Assembly: GCA_964016885.1 (NCBI GenBank)
Contig: OZ024747.1
Location: 1,860,001-1,924,000, forward strand
Length of the DNA stretch: 64,000 nt
Source of the DNA: Eledone cirrhosa
Taxonomy: Eukaryota
Reading direction: 5' to 3'
Program-made: the position numbers and the translations under genes
Notes under the pieces: model-generated
What the model was told of the DNA's origin: nothing
What the model saw: the letters and a program-made list of their open reading frames with translations, nothing else
Databases searched by the model: none
Shown: positions 11,553-25,678 of the stretch, in pieces
Numbering within the stretch: the stretch's first letter is position 1
How the letters are laid out: each line of letters begins with the position of its first letter

Positions 11553-13875
11553 GATAGATAGATATTAAGATATAAATAAGAGATGCGTGAATGAAATAAA
11601 TGAATAGATATACATTCACTCATGAATGTATATAATTACATGTTTGCATGTATGTTTTCATGTAGCTCACATGTAAATAAATGTGTAAAAAGAAAGAAAC
11701 TGGAGTTTATAACATACATTAATATCTTTTTATCCTTATTTAGAACTGTTTCATTTACATTCTATGGGCTGTAAATTGGTGGAGTCATTAGAACGCCATA
11801 TTTATTCTCACTCTTTACTGAGTCCAAACCCTACCATTCATCCTTCTCGAGGTTGATAAAATAAAATAGCAAAATTACTGCAAAATTACTGGCCTTGTTC
11901 CTAAATTAGAAATCATTTATGTACCAATGTATTTCTTTAATTATAATTTCAGCTAATCCAGTGTTTCTGAAAGTGGGTTTCATGTGACCACCAGAGTTCT
12001 GTAAAAAGTCCTGGGATTCCATGAGATAAGGTGCCTTTTGTTTCATTAAATATCTTATTAAAATTCAGGTGGGCAAGGATTACCTGTAAAATATAGGTAA
12101 GGCTTTTGTGATGTTTGGAAAAATCATGTATGAATTCTGTGACACTATGTTTTTTAAACCATTGCACTAATCGAATATGAGCTACTGATGAAATTTACAA
12201 CAAAGAAGTAAGATTATTTTGAAGTAATTTACGAGATACACCTAATACCCCCACTCCATCCACACGCACGCATGTGTATCTGTGTGTATATCATGACTCA
12301 TACACTGTTCACTTTCCTAACATTTGCACATTATTCTATGTACTATACATGCACCTTTGATAAGGTGTAGTGTACCTGAGCATGGTACACAATTTTCATT
12401 ATACCTTCATAATTCTAAATCATTCATTAATGATTGCAAATATATGTTACTTTACATCTAATAGCTCCTTTCAAAGATGTACATTTTGAAACTACTATTG
12501 CATCATAGAAGTTTACTTATGAAACTTTTGTAACTGAAACTACATGATACATTCAAAACTTCAGAGTTGTAGTTGTAAAGTAAGTGACTTAATCTGAAAG
12601 TGTGAGTTGAACCTGAAACAGTTACATCATGGAAAAGTCATTTTAACCATGAAGAAAATACACTAAAGACAGAACTGATAAATGTGAAGTAAATATAACA
12701 ATTTTGTGTGTGCTTTTTGAATAGTTAAAATGTAACTTAGAAAGGCCAATAGTTAAAAGGACTCTTTCATTCATATTGCCACACATTTAGAAGTCTTATG
12801 AAGATTATTGGACTCTTCACCATTAATCCACTGAACTTTGAAAACTTTAACCCATTTATTATCACATCTCTAATGTAAAATTCTGACTATGATTTTCATG
12901 TAATTTAAAAAATAAACAAGAATCTGGAAAGATTTCATAATATATCCATCCTTCTCATTATTAAACTGGTGTTTGGAATATAACTTAAAATATTCTTACA
13001 TAAAATTACAACAAAAGGCTTTTAGATAATTATAAACAGTTTCAAACTAAACAACTATATATGAGAAAACCTGGGGTAGTCTCAGACAGTTTGGTATCCA
13101 AATTGTTAAAGGTCTGTATTATAGTCAACTTTTGAACATAGTTGTTCTGTAAAGCTTCTTTAAAGATAATGTTTTATATCTAAAATATTATGAGTCAGTA
13201 TAAATGAACAAAAGATGCTGAGAATGTTGGGTTAAATCAACCTCAAGCAGCTGCTGCACTATCAGCAAAGAAAACAATTTATCTTTTGTGTTGCTTTTAA
13301 ACTATCAGATGAAAAGTTGTCAACATGATCTAGTGAAGGACATTGCAAGATCTTATTTCACCACATAATTTCAAATATGTCATATAATTCATATCTTTTA
13401 GATGGAAGATTCTTAACAAATGAATTTATGAGTCAGTTATATTAATGATATCGAGAGAAGATGTAGACCATATTAGTATTTTAATTATCACTTGTCTGTA
13501 GATGAAATTAAACATATATATCACTATTCTTTCTTATTGGTTTATTTTCACCATAGTTTAGAACCTATCCTCTTCCATCAGAAGTCTGCAGGTTTAAATT
13601 ATTAAATATTTTATGACAGTCTGTTGCTTTACAATTTCTGCCATGTCACTGCATACCTGTAATTATGGCCGTGTCATTAATATGATAGCTTTTCATGTAG
13701 TTTCAAGTTTGATCAGCTTTATTGATACTACTTCATTAGTTTAAAGAAGTTACACAATTTTTTCTTATGGTGTTGCTACTGAATGTTGCTTTAACTATAG
13801 TCCCACATGAGGTGGAAAATTGGCAGAGTCATTAGAACATTAGAACATTTTTTATTGTATGTTGTTTTTTCTTCA

Positions 13876-14080
13876 TAATGGTTTCTGATTTAGGCACAAG
13901 GTGAATAATTTTGGAGAAGGGAAAAATCGACTAAATTGATCCCAGTGTGTTACTGGTACTTTATTTTATTGAACCCATAAGGATTAAAGGCAAAGTTAAC
14001 CTTGGCAAGATTTGAACTCAGAATGTAAAGTGCCATAACTCTATGATGTAAAGCATGTTGTCCGACGCTCTACCGATACA
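13876..14080 (-). mobile_element. Family-A SINE (diverged)
   Basis: GATTTGAACTCAGAA (reverse B box), TACTGGTACTTTATTTTA block, CTCTACCGATAC head. Confidence 0.8.
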
Positions 14081-14367
14081 ATCCCTAATAAGAAGTGGTA
14101 AGAAAGGAGCTATTATACCAGGGATATACTCATTAAAAAAGGAGGCAGCACCAACCCAAAATAAAACTATTAATATTAATTATTAATTATTTTTTAATTA
14201 TTTTCAGTTTATTATAAAAATGTTAATTTAAGGATTGAAATCCAGTGTTTAATTGAATAGTGCTTAATATTTTGATATTAAATTGGCACAACCTCCTACT
14301 CCTTGCAAACCTCACTATATATACGTGTGTATTTGAATATATATATATATGTGTGTGTGCATTTTAA

Positions 14368-14422
<55 letters not shown>

Positions 14423-14579
14423 GGTGTGTGTGTGTGTGTCTGTGTTAATATGTAAGGAATAAAGTTTTGAAATGTATTAAATATCATGTGATGAAGGAAG
14501 ACAATATTCTGCCTTCCATTTACTGTCATTGCAGAAGGAGTTTTGCATGTGTGTGTATGTATGTGTATATGTGTGTATG

Positions 14580-14650
<71 letters not shown>

Positions 14651-15655
14651 CTGTGTATATATATATATATATATGTGTGTGTATGTTTGATATTGGAAGC
14701 TGAAATAATCTTTAGAGACATATTGTATTTCGTGTGTTCACAGAAAACAGAAATCGTCAAAGTATGTGGGCAGTTAATTGGCAGAGTTGTTAAAGTATTG
14801 GATTAAATATCACAAAATATCACATATTGTTTTGTGTTCTGAGTTCAACTGTCTTGTATCTTTCCAATATTGAGAAATACTCAGTCAACCTTGTAAGGTA
14901 GTCATGCTGGTGACATGAGGAATACCCAGTCAATCCTGTAAGGTAGTCATGCTGGAGACATGAGAAAATCTACCTAGTTCTCCTTGTTAAATGGTCATTT
15001 TGGTGCCGTGATAAAAAGGACCCAGTCGACACTGCAATGTGAATAGCATTAGAAAAGGCATCCAGTTGTAGAAACCAAACCAAAATACAGACCTGAATTA
15101 TCTCATAATGTGACAATCCATCTATTTTATCTAAGCATAGAAAAATAGATGTTAAATGATGTTGATGATGATGATGATGATAAGGATAATGGGCCAGTCC
15201 AGAACTAGTGGATTTGCAAAATTGATAGAGTGCCCTAGATAATTCTATTGTTTGAAACATATCTTCATTCACTGAGCTGCATGATAATTTCTCTACAACT
15301 GCTATTAATTTTGGCAGCAAATTAGCATAGTCATGGGAGTGTCAGATTAAATGCCTTAACATAGGGCGGTTCCCCTGACATGCAGCTCTAAATAACATAA
15401 TCCAACAGACCCTTGATGCGGCTGGCTTTCCATCACATCTGGAGCAAGCTGGCCTTGATCATGGTAAACACCCAGATGGTATAACTCTCTTCCATTTGAG
15501 AGAAGTACATCCCTAATCTGGGATGCCATGTACTGTGACTTGTTCTCCACCATGTCACTTTCACTACAAACCAATATTAAACTAGTACAACTGTTATTCA
15601 ATAGAGTAATCGATTCTTGGGATAGTTCAGTGTGACTATTGGACCCTGGTTCTTT

Positions 15656-15706
<51 letters not shown>

Positions 15707-17297
15707 GATATCGTTTTTTACAAAAACAATATAAAAAATTAGAAACATAGTTGAAGTTAAAAACAGTTCAAAATAGAGTAATTTATCATAATAAGCAGTA
15801 GAAACTGGATATTATTAGTTAATATGATATTATTTCAAATAATTTCTGATTTATATACTAGGTAACTTAATTTAAAATCATTTTCAAACTGTATTTCTAA
15901 TGAGCAGACTGTCTGTGTTTCTTTTAATTTTTAATGTAATCAAGATTCTGGATGTAAAATATCTCTAAAATATCTGTAACTTTATAGTATAAAATATTGT
16001 TTTGAATGACTAAAATTTCATGTGTATCATTTATGTTAAAATGAGATTTTCATCAAGATTTAAAGTTAAATATGAATAGTTTAATACTTGCTGTCTTGAA
16101 TGAGTTTGGTATTAAAAAGGTTAAGTGAAGAGAAATAAGACTTTGTGGTGTTCATGTCTTTGTTTGGGTCATTAGCTGCATAAATAAAGTGGGATAGCTA
16201 TATGTGTGTATAAAGGATGTTTTTCAGACTTTGATAGGATAATATTCAGTGTTTACTGACTGGTTTTATAATTTACTAAATAAGAATATTAATGTTAGTA
16301 AAACTATAAGTTGAGAAGGACAGAAATATCCCCTTTCAACACAGTTTCATATTTAATAAATTAAGAAATAAATAAAAATCGCAAAACTGTTCTTAACAAC
16401 TGTTTCCCTTCTTCCCATCCCGAAAGTTGTTCTCTGTGACACAACTGTGTCAGAAGTGGTTGGAGGCCTTACTACTCTTACTTTACCCCTCTATATCAAC
16501 AGTCTCATTACCAGCCTCCCTCTTACACAGTAGCTGCTGTAGCCATCCACACAACTGTCTGGAATAAAATGTTTCCCTGGTAGTCCTCTAAAATGTAGAG
16601 CTCTCTGAAATTTAATTCCCCTATCATAGTTTGGAATCAAATTCTTTTTGCTGTTTTTTTTTTTTTTTATTAAAATTCTTTTGTAACATCTAGTCACATT
16701 TAGATGGCGCCTGAAAATAATAATTAAAACAAAAGTAATGAAGATTTATTAAAAATAAAACACTGAAAGAACAAAACCACAAAAGAAATACAGGTTGCTG
16801 TGTTAATTTGACTATTTATGTTTTTAGTTTGGCTCAATAATTATAATAATTTACTGAGTGCCTCTAGAAATCAGATATTTAATGAATATCAAGAAAAAGA
16901 GACTGTTTACATAGTAACTGAAGCTAAACACCATTTTTCTGGGGCTCCTGTTTTAAAAGGAAATTACCCTAAAGCCATTAGGAGAAATAAGGTTGTTGAA
17001 AGAGGGTCAAATGTACTGGAAAAACTGATGCCCTAGAATATTAGACCCTGCAGAATAGAAACAAATAAGTTATTCATCAGATACAAGTATATTATTTTAA
17101 CAGTTACACAACTGTAATAACAGAAGGGAGATGGGATTGCACAATGATAACAGTACAGATGTGCAATAAAACTTATACTAAGAGAAACTTTCAGATTAAT
17201 GAGAGGAAATTATAGGATTTTCATGTCTTTCTCAAACTATAGAAAGGAACTTCTGGCCAAGGATTGAAACTGAGTCATGAAGTTAACCTTCCCAGGT

Positions 17298-17802
17298 TCT
17301 TCTTCTTCGTCGTCGTCTTCTACTTCCTCTTCTTCGCCCACTTATTCCTGAGATGGTCGTGGGGTGACAGAGTCCTCAAACACTCCTTCCAGCAAGTCCT
17401 ATCAGAAGCAACCATCTCCAACTAATCCAGCTGGATCCCCAAATGAGATCAGCCAAGTTCATGGATGTTATCCAACCCTCTTGTTCGGGGTCTACCCCTG
17501 GGTCTCCTGCCAGCTGGTTTTGCCTGTAAAATCTGTCCAGAGATTCTTTCCTGAGACATTCTAACCACATAGCCATAGTATCAGAGCTGTGATCTCTCAA
17601 TTCGGAGAAGTAGCAGCTCTACCTGGAGTGTCTCTGTAGTTCTACCTGGAGTGTCTCTGTAGTTCTACCTGGAGTGACTCTGCAGTTCTACCTGGAGTGA
17701 CTCTGTAGTTTTACCTGGAGTGTCTCTGTAGTTCTACCTGGAGTGTCTCTGTAGTTCTACCTGGAGTGTCTCTGTAGTTTTACCTGGAGTGTCTCTCTGA
17801 TC
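17298..17802 (-). mobile_element. Decayed 3' fragment of a second RTE-clade LINE (Rex3/Expander-like) with (GAA)n-type tail
   Basis: Reverse translation LLLRIERSQL*YYGYVVRMSQER...AGRRPRGRPRTR is the typical RTE C-terminus. Confidence 0.78.
17619..17797. repeat. 23-bp minisatellite (CTACCTGGAGTGTCTCTGTAGTT) ~8 copies at the 5' truncation of the RTE fragment
   Basis: Exact 23-bp period; the unit is continuous with the RTE coding sequence. Confidence 0.92.
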
Positions 17803-18344
17803 TTTTATGGAAAGCACAATATTAATGTCATAGATATAGAAGTACTACTACTACTGTTGGATTTTATTCTAAGTTTTACTAAATGTATTTGTTAGACTTA
17901 TTAGAATCATATGAAAGTAACGAGTTGAACAAGTACAATTTAGATTTTAAGAAATCTCTTCTTTGTTATTAAGTTTTCCATAAGATTTTTTTTTTTTTTA
18001 CTGCAATTTCCATTACTTGTCTCTAGATGAACGGAGTAAACTGTTGAAGGATGTCAAACAATTAGCAATATTGTGATTACAGCAGCCATTGTCTGATCAA
18101 AGAAATCTAAGCTCCTTAATAGTTACAAGCAACAGTAAACATTTGACGTGTTTCATCTTCCACTTTTATTCCTGTTATTTTAGAGATATTAAACAAGTTA
18201 TTCTTATTTCTCATCAGTTCATTATACAAGTAGATAAAGTTATGGCATTGGTCTTTATAAATAATATTTATAACAAGCTAAATAAAAAATAATAGGGTCA
18301 CAATTAGTGACAATTGTGGAAATTCAAAATTCTAAAAAAATTCC

Positions 18345-18570
18345 AAAGTCTGTCTTGAGCTCGGAGGCTCATCAGGCCAGTGCTTACCCCGGTTTCTGTG
18401 GTGTGAAGTGACTGAGAGTACAAGACTCCACCTGGACAAGACGCCAGTCCATTGCAGGGTTAAATACCTGGCTATTGCTGGTACTCATTTTCAGCTGACT
18501 ATACTGGAGCAATGTAAAATGAAGTGTTTTGCTCAAGAACACAACACACATCCCAGTCCAGGAATCAACT
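18345..18570 (-). mobile_element. CORE-type SINE (family B); a second copy with tRNA head at ~33742-33890(-)
   Basis: Reverse strand shows GTGTT(C/T)TTGAGCAA(A/G)ACACTT...TTGCTCCAGT...CAGCTG in both loci, resembling the CORE-SINE domain; B-box-like GAGTTCAATTC in the 33.8 kb copy. Confidence 0.68.
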
Positions 18571-19061
18571 TTAGTATAATTCTATTAAGACATAAAACCT
18601 CCTTTTTCCCCTTTACACTCGACCATATTCTACTTACTCTAAATCAAGGGACAAAGATGAAATAAGACACTTCAGATCATTGGGGTAATTTCTTTAAATT
18701 TTTCATTTTAATAAAATGTAAATGTATTCCACATGCCAACACTATAAAGGAAACTTAAGGATCAGTTTGTGTTGTGATCCCAGTGGACAGGGTGGATAAG
18801 ACATCACCCTAGGGGAGAGTGATGCAGTGGAACAGCCACTCCACCTTGCAGGGCTTGCACTTTTGGGTAACCAACTCCACTTAAATACAGTGAAAGTAAC
18901 GAGAGTTTAATCAAGATGAATAAATAATTGAGTCTGTCTTAAGTAGAACAACAAAACAGACTTCCATGATTTGAAAGTATTTCTCTATAAATAAAGTAGA
19001 AATATGACCTGAAGTAAAGACTAGTGACGAGAACTGATCTGATTCATACAAGTACATAGAT

Positions 19062-22000
19062 CACTTGTATGATGTATGGTTGCTGCTACTGTTGCTGCTA
19101 CTACTACTACCACCACTTGTATGATGTATGGTTGGAACTACTGTTGCTACTACTACTACTACCACCACTTGTATGATGTATGGTTGGAACTACTGTTGCT
19201 ACTACTACTACTACTACTACCACTTGTATGATGTATGGTTGCTGCTACTACCACCACTTGTATGATGTATGGTTGGAACTACTGTTGCTGTTACTACCAC
19301 TTGTATGATGTATGGTTGGAACTACTGTTGCTGCTACTACTACTACTACCACCACTTGTATGATGTATGGTTGGAACTACTGTTGCTGCTACTACTACTA
19401 CTTGTATGATGTATGGTTGGAACTACTGTTGCTGCTACTACTACTACTACCACTTGTATGATGTATGGTTGGAACTACTGTTGCTGCTACTACTACTACT
19501 TGTATGATGTATGGTTGGAACTACTGTTGCTGCTACTACTACTACTACTACCACTTGTATGATGTATGGTTGGAACTACTGTTGCTGCTACTACTACTAC
19601 TTGTATGATGTATGGTTGGAACTACTGTTGCTGCTACTACTACTACTACCACTTGTATGATGTATGGTTGGAACTACTGTTGCTGCTACTACTACTACTT
19701 GTATGATGTATGGTTGGAACTACTGTTGCTGCTACTACTACCACTTGTATGATGTATGGTTGGAACTACTGTTGCTACTACTACTACTACCACTTGTATG
19801 ATGTATGGTTGGAACTACTGTTGCTACTACTACTACTACCACTTGTATGATGTATGGTTGGAACTACTGTTGCTGCTACTACTACTACTTGTATGATGTA
19901 TGGTTGGAACTACTGTTGCTGCTACTACTACCACTTGTATGATGTATGGTTGGAACTACTGTTGCTGCTACTACTACTACTTGTATGATGTATGGTTGGA
20001 ACTACTGTTGCTGCTACTACTACTACCACTTGTATGATGTATGGTTGGAACTACTGTTGCTGCTACTACTACTACCACTTGTATGATGTATGGTTGGAAC
20101 TACTGCTACTACTACTACCACTTGTAAGATGTATGGTTGGAACTACTGTTGCTACTACTACTACTACCACTTGTATGATGTATGGTTGGAACTACTGCTA
20201 CTACCACTTGTAAGATGTATGGTTGGAACTACTGTTGCTACTACTACTACTACCACTTGTATGATGTATGGTTGGAACTACTGCTACTACTACTACCACT
20301 TGTAAGATGTATGGTTGGAACTACTGTTGCTACTACTACTACTACCACTTGTATGATGTATGGTTGGAACTACTGTTGCTACTACTACTACTACCACTTG
20401 TATGATGTATGGTTGGAACTACTGTTGCTGCTACTACTACTACCACTTGTATGATGTATGGTTGGAACTACTGTTGCTGCTACTACTACTACCACTTGTA
20501 TGATGTATGGTTGGAACTACTGTTGCTGCTACTACTACTACCACTTGTATGATGTATGGTTGGAACTACTGTTGCTGCTACTACTACCACTTGTATGATG
20601 TATGGTTGGAACTACTGTTGCTACTACTACTACCACTTGTATGATGTATGGTTGGAACTACTGTTGCTACTACTACTACTACCACTTGTATGATGTATGG
20701 TTGGAACTACTGTTGCTACTACTACTACTACCACTTGTATGATGTATGGTTGGAACTACTGTTGCTGCTACTACTACCACTTGTATGATGTATGGTTGGA
20801 ACTACTGTTGCTACTACTACTACCACTTGTATGATGTATGGTTGGAACTACTGTTGCTACTACTACTACTACCACTTGTATGATGTATGGTTGGAACTAC
20901 TGTTGCTACTACTACTACTACCACTTGTATGATGTATGGTTGGAACTACTGTTGCTGCTACTACTACTACCACTTGTATGATGTATGGTTGGAACTACTG
21001 TTGCTACTACTACTACCACTTGTATGATGTATGGTTGGAACTACTGTTGCTACTACTACTACTACCACTTGTATGATGTATGGTTGGAACTACTGTTGCT
21101 ACTACTACTACTACCACTTGTATGATGTATGGTTGGAACTACTGTTGCTACTACTACTACTACCACTTGTATGATGTATGGTTGGAACTACTGTTGCTAC
21201 TACTACTACTACCACTTGTATGATGTATGGTTGGAACTACTGTTGCTACTACTACTACTACCACTTGTATGATGTATGGTTGGAACTACTGCTACTACTA
21301 CTACTACTACCACTTGTATGATGTATGGTTGGAACTACTGTTGCTACTACTACTACTACTACCACTTGTATGATGTATGGTTGGAACTACTGTTGCTGCT
21401 ACTACTACCACTTGTATGATGTATGGTTGGAACTACTGTTGCTGCTACTACTACTACCACTTGTATGATGTATGGTTGGAACTACTGTTGCTGCTACTAC
21501 TACCACTTGTATGATGTATGGTTGGAACTACTGTTGCTACTACTACTACCACTTGTATGATGTATGGTTGGAACTACTGTTGCTACTACTACTACTACCA
21601 CTTGTATGATGTATGGTTGGAACTACTGTTGCTACTACTACTACTACCACTTGTATGATGTATGGTTGGAACTACTGTTGCTACTACTACTACTACCACT
21701 TGTATGATGTATGGTTGGAACTACTGTTGCTACTACTACTACTACCACTTGTATGATGTATGGTTGGAACTACTGTTGCTACTACTACTACTACCACTTG
21801 TATGATGTATGGTTGGAACTACTGCTACTACTACTACTACTACCACTTGTATGATGTATGGTTGGAACTACTGTTGCTACTACTACTACTACTACCACTT
21901 GTATGATGTATGGTTGGAACTACTGTTGCTGCTACTACTACCACTTGTATGATGTATGGTTGGAACTACTGTTGCTGCTACTACTACTACCACTTGTATG

Positions 22001-22670
22001 ATGTATGGTTGGAACTACTGCTACTACTACTACCACTTGTAAGATGTATGGTTGGAACTACTGTTGCTGCTACTACTACCACTTGTATGATGTATGGTTG
22101 GAACTACTGTTGCTACTACTACTACTACCACTTGTATGATGTATGGTTGGAACTACTGTTGCTGCTACTACTACTACCACTTGTATGATGTATGGTTGGA
22201 ACTACTGTTGCTGCTACTACTACCACTTGTATGATGTATGGTTGGAACTACTGTTGCTGCTACTACTACTACCACTTGTATGATGTATGGTTGGAACTAC
22301 TGCTACTAGTACTACCACTTGTAAGATGTATGGTTGGAACTACTGTTGCTGCTACTACTACTACCACTTGTATGATGTATGGTTGGAACTACTGTTGCTG
22401 CTACTACTACTACCACTTGTATGATGTATGGTTGGAACTACTGCTACTACTACTACCACTTGTATGATGTATGGTTGGAACTACTGCTACTACTACTACC
22501 ACTTGTATGATGTATGGTTGGAACTACTGTTGCTGCTACTACTACTACCACTTGTATGATGTATGGTTGGAACTACTGCTACTACTACTACCACTTGTAA
22601 GATGTATGGTTGGAACTACTGCTACTGTTGCTGCTACTACTACTACCACTATCACCACCACCACCACCAC
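19062..22670. repeat. Compound minisatellite: constant CACTTGTATGATGTATGGTTGGAACTACTG block plus variable (CTG/CTA)n; units ~35-52 bp
   Basis: Direct inspection; unit length varies in steps of 3. Confidence 0.96.
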
Positions 22671-23970
22671 TAGTCATAGCTAGAATATATTTGATCATAA
22701 GAATACTCAATCAGGGTTGACCTGAGGCTAAACAACAACTATAGCAATCTTTTATTGAGAAACGTAACAGTGTAAGGCATCAGACATTTTGTCTTCCTTA
22801 CAAAAAACAAAACAAAACAATATATTTTACTTTTGAACTGTATCAATCTTTGAAAGACAAAATTTTAATTTGATTCTGATAAGACTTGATCTCAGCTTTC
22901 CCAAGAATGTTATACTGCTGACTAATGCCATTATCAGAGATTTCTTTTATATTTCTGGCTTTCTCAAAGTTCACATATTCTGCATTTGTTGTTAATGTCA
23001 TTTAATGTGTTTTTGTTCATGTTTGTACAGTCAGGTCAACAAACGACCTCTGGTGAATTCTTTGACAACTGCTATGCGCTTTACATGGAATTTTCAAGGG
23101 AGAATATGAAGAAGGTCTCCTATTGCTTTACTTTGGGTATTATTTTATACACAACATCAATCATGTTGACCAGTTACAGACAATTTTACCAAATATTCCT
23201 TGGCACTGGGAATGTAAAAAGTCAGAACAAACACAACCAAGTAATTTATACAATGCTTTGATAATTCTACCCAACCCCCACCATGAATTGGTAGTATATT
23301 TTATTGACTTGGAAAAGATGAAAAACAAAGTTGACCTCAGTGGGATTTGTAGTGAGAACCAACATAGAGCAAATATTGCAAAGAAATTTCTGTGACATTT
23401 TAATAATTTTGCTAATTTACAACCTTTGTGTATTTTGTATCAAATTCTTCTTTACAAAGTCAAAATTAATTCTGAGTAAAGCTGGGTTAAGAGAACATAT
23501 GTAGATTAGTAAACATCAAAAATTCTTTCTTGATTATATTTCCAGGGACGTTGGCTTATATTTTTAGATTTTCTAGAAATTTCCATTCAATGTAAATTCA
23601 GTTTACATGATTAAAACAAAGAAAATAAAAGGAGAATGTTGGAGCACTTTATTTGATATAGTTTGCAAAAGATTGTCAAATGAACATGGTGCCATGAATT
23701 ATGTTTTGAAATCTAAGCACACATGATGAAACTATAATTATCAATATATTGATCTTTCTAGTTCCTTCCTCTCTCTCAATCACCCCCCCTCTCTCTCTCT
23801 GCATCTTTGTCTATTTGTCTACATATTAATCTCACATTGTCTTTCTATTTGTATATTAGTAAGTTTAAAATTCTGAATACTGTTTTTAGCATTAGAAAAC
23901 ATGTAAAAGGATTTGCACAATTAAAAAGAAAATGAGACACAAAGTCACATGTTCAAAGCAATTCTACCAA

Positions 23971-24030
<60 letters not shown>

Positions 24031-24291
24031 TCGTCATCATCACCATTTAACATTCCTTTTTCCATGCTAGCATGGGTTAGAAAAATTGTCCTGTTGTGAG
24101 TCAAGTCAGGTCAGATGACCATGTCTTGCTCACACAGAACTGTTTCTGGTTTGGTTTCTATGGCTGGATGCCCTTCCTAATGCAAACCATATCTATATCT
24201 AAATATACCAGTATCTACCTGTTTATGGTAAAACAGTGAAGTGATTAAGAACCTATCTTTGCCTTCCATTTTATTTTCATTGTTAAAGATA

Positions 24292-24368
<77 letters not shown>

Positions 24369-24649
24369 GTATATATATCTGTGGGGCATGTACATGTATG
24401 TAGGCATGCACATATATTTATATAATCATCAACATTTTATGCTTGATTTCCAAGATGGCAAAGGGTTGATGGGTTGACCATAGTCATCACATGATTTAAA
24501 TACTTTACATATATGTGGCACAGGCCTGGCTGGAGCCAAAATGGGCGTTTTTTTTCTTTCACTACAGGATATGCAGAAAAGAATGTAAATCCTTGGCAGC
24601 AATAAAAAGTCACGTTCATGCCACTCATGTTTGAGAAAAGGATCAAGTG

Positions 24650-24662
24650 ATATCTATCTACC

Positions 24663-24720
<58 letters not shown>

Positions 24721-24721
24721 C

Positions 24722-24756
<35 letters not shown>

Positions 24757-24757
24757 C

Positions 24758-24792
<35 letters not shown>

Positions 24793-24820
24793 CCTGTCTG
24801 TCTGTCTATCTATCTATCTA
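24650..24820. repeat. (TATC/TACC/TGTC)n tetranucleotide tract; continues at 25203-25446, 31242-31322 and 32363-32418
   Basis: The same compound tetranucleotide pattern flanks every Tx1 copy. Confidence 0.95.
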
Positions 24821-25202
24821 ACTGATTCTTTTTTTCAAATACCACTTTGGAAGAAGAATCAGGATGGAGAGAGAGGTGCTGTACCCCAGCAAGTTTTATG
24901 AAAGGTGGGTGAAAGTGGCGAGAATGGCCTGAGTGAATGGGCCTTCTCTCTATATCAGCCTGTAGGTTGAGGAAAAGGAGGAGGAGAGGAAGGGAGTACA
25001 AGCTCTTCGTACTCCTGGAGATGAGGGTTGCACATTTTTTTCGGGGGTCTGTGTTACCCATATAAACTGTCTCCCTCTATTGGGGAAAATCGACTAACTT
25101 TTAAATTCCATCTGTGATAACATTTTACACGTTTTTATTGTATGTAAACTTCCCCCTTTGTATTTGTCCCCTTCTTTTGTGCCCCTGTGGCTAATAAAGA
25201 AA
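24821..25202 (+). mobile_element. 5'-truncated, decayed Tx1-type LINE (last ~45 codons of ORF2 plus 3' UTR)
   Basis: GGAAGAAGAATCAGGATGGAGAGAGAGGTGCT...GGCGAGAATGGCC matches 30911-31027; 3' UTR ends AATAAAGAAA. Confidence 0.9.
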
Positions 25203-25215
25203 TATATCTATCTAC

Positions 25216-25246
<31 letters not shown>

Positions 25247-25359
25247 CCTGTCTGTCTGTCTATCTATCTACCTGTCTGTCTATCTATCTATCTGTCTGTC
25301 TGTCTGTCTATCTATCTACCTGTCTGTCTGTCTACCTGTCTGTCTGTCTGTCTGTCTAC

Positions 25360-25390
<31 letters not shown>

Positions 25391-25407
25391 CCTGTCTGTC
25401 TGTCTAC

Positions 25408-25442
<35 letters not shown>

Positions 25443-25678
25443 CCTGTTAATCTAGCTGTCGTCTGTTCTACAGTGTGGATGTCATTCACTTCGCACAGAA
25501 GTTTTGTTCAAATTTATTGAGGAAATTTTGTGAGTTCAAACTTAATTTTGATACAATTGTGTAGCTTGACCCTCCGTCTGAACTGTCAGGCGGTGGGTCA
25601 GTTCATCTTTACCCCTCCTAGAGGTGAAAAACCTGTTTTAAAAAATTTTGTGAAAAAAATTTCAATCGTCTAACAGAA

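Noticed and set aside
15356-15748. 130-aa minus-strand ORF
   Set aside because: Partly microsatellite; the remainder has no recognisable motif and is probably old repeat debris.
19062-22670. CRISPR-like repeat/spacer appearance and MVGTT/YYYHL ORFs
   Set aside because: The spacers are triplet runs, not unique sequences; eukaryotic context, no cas genes.
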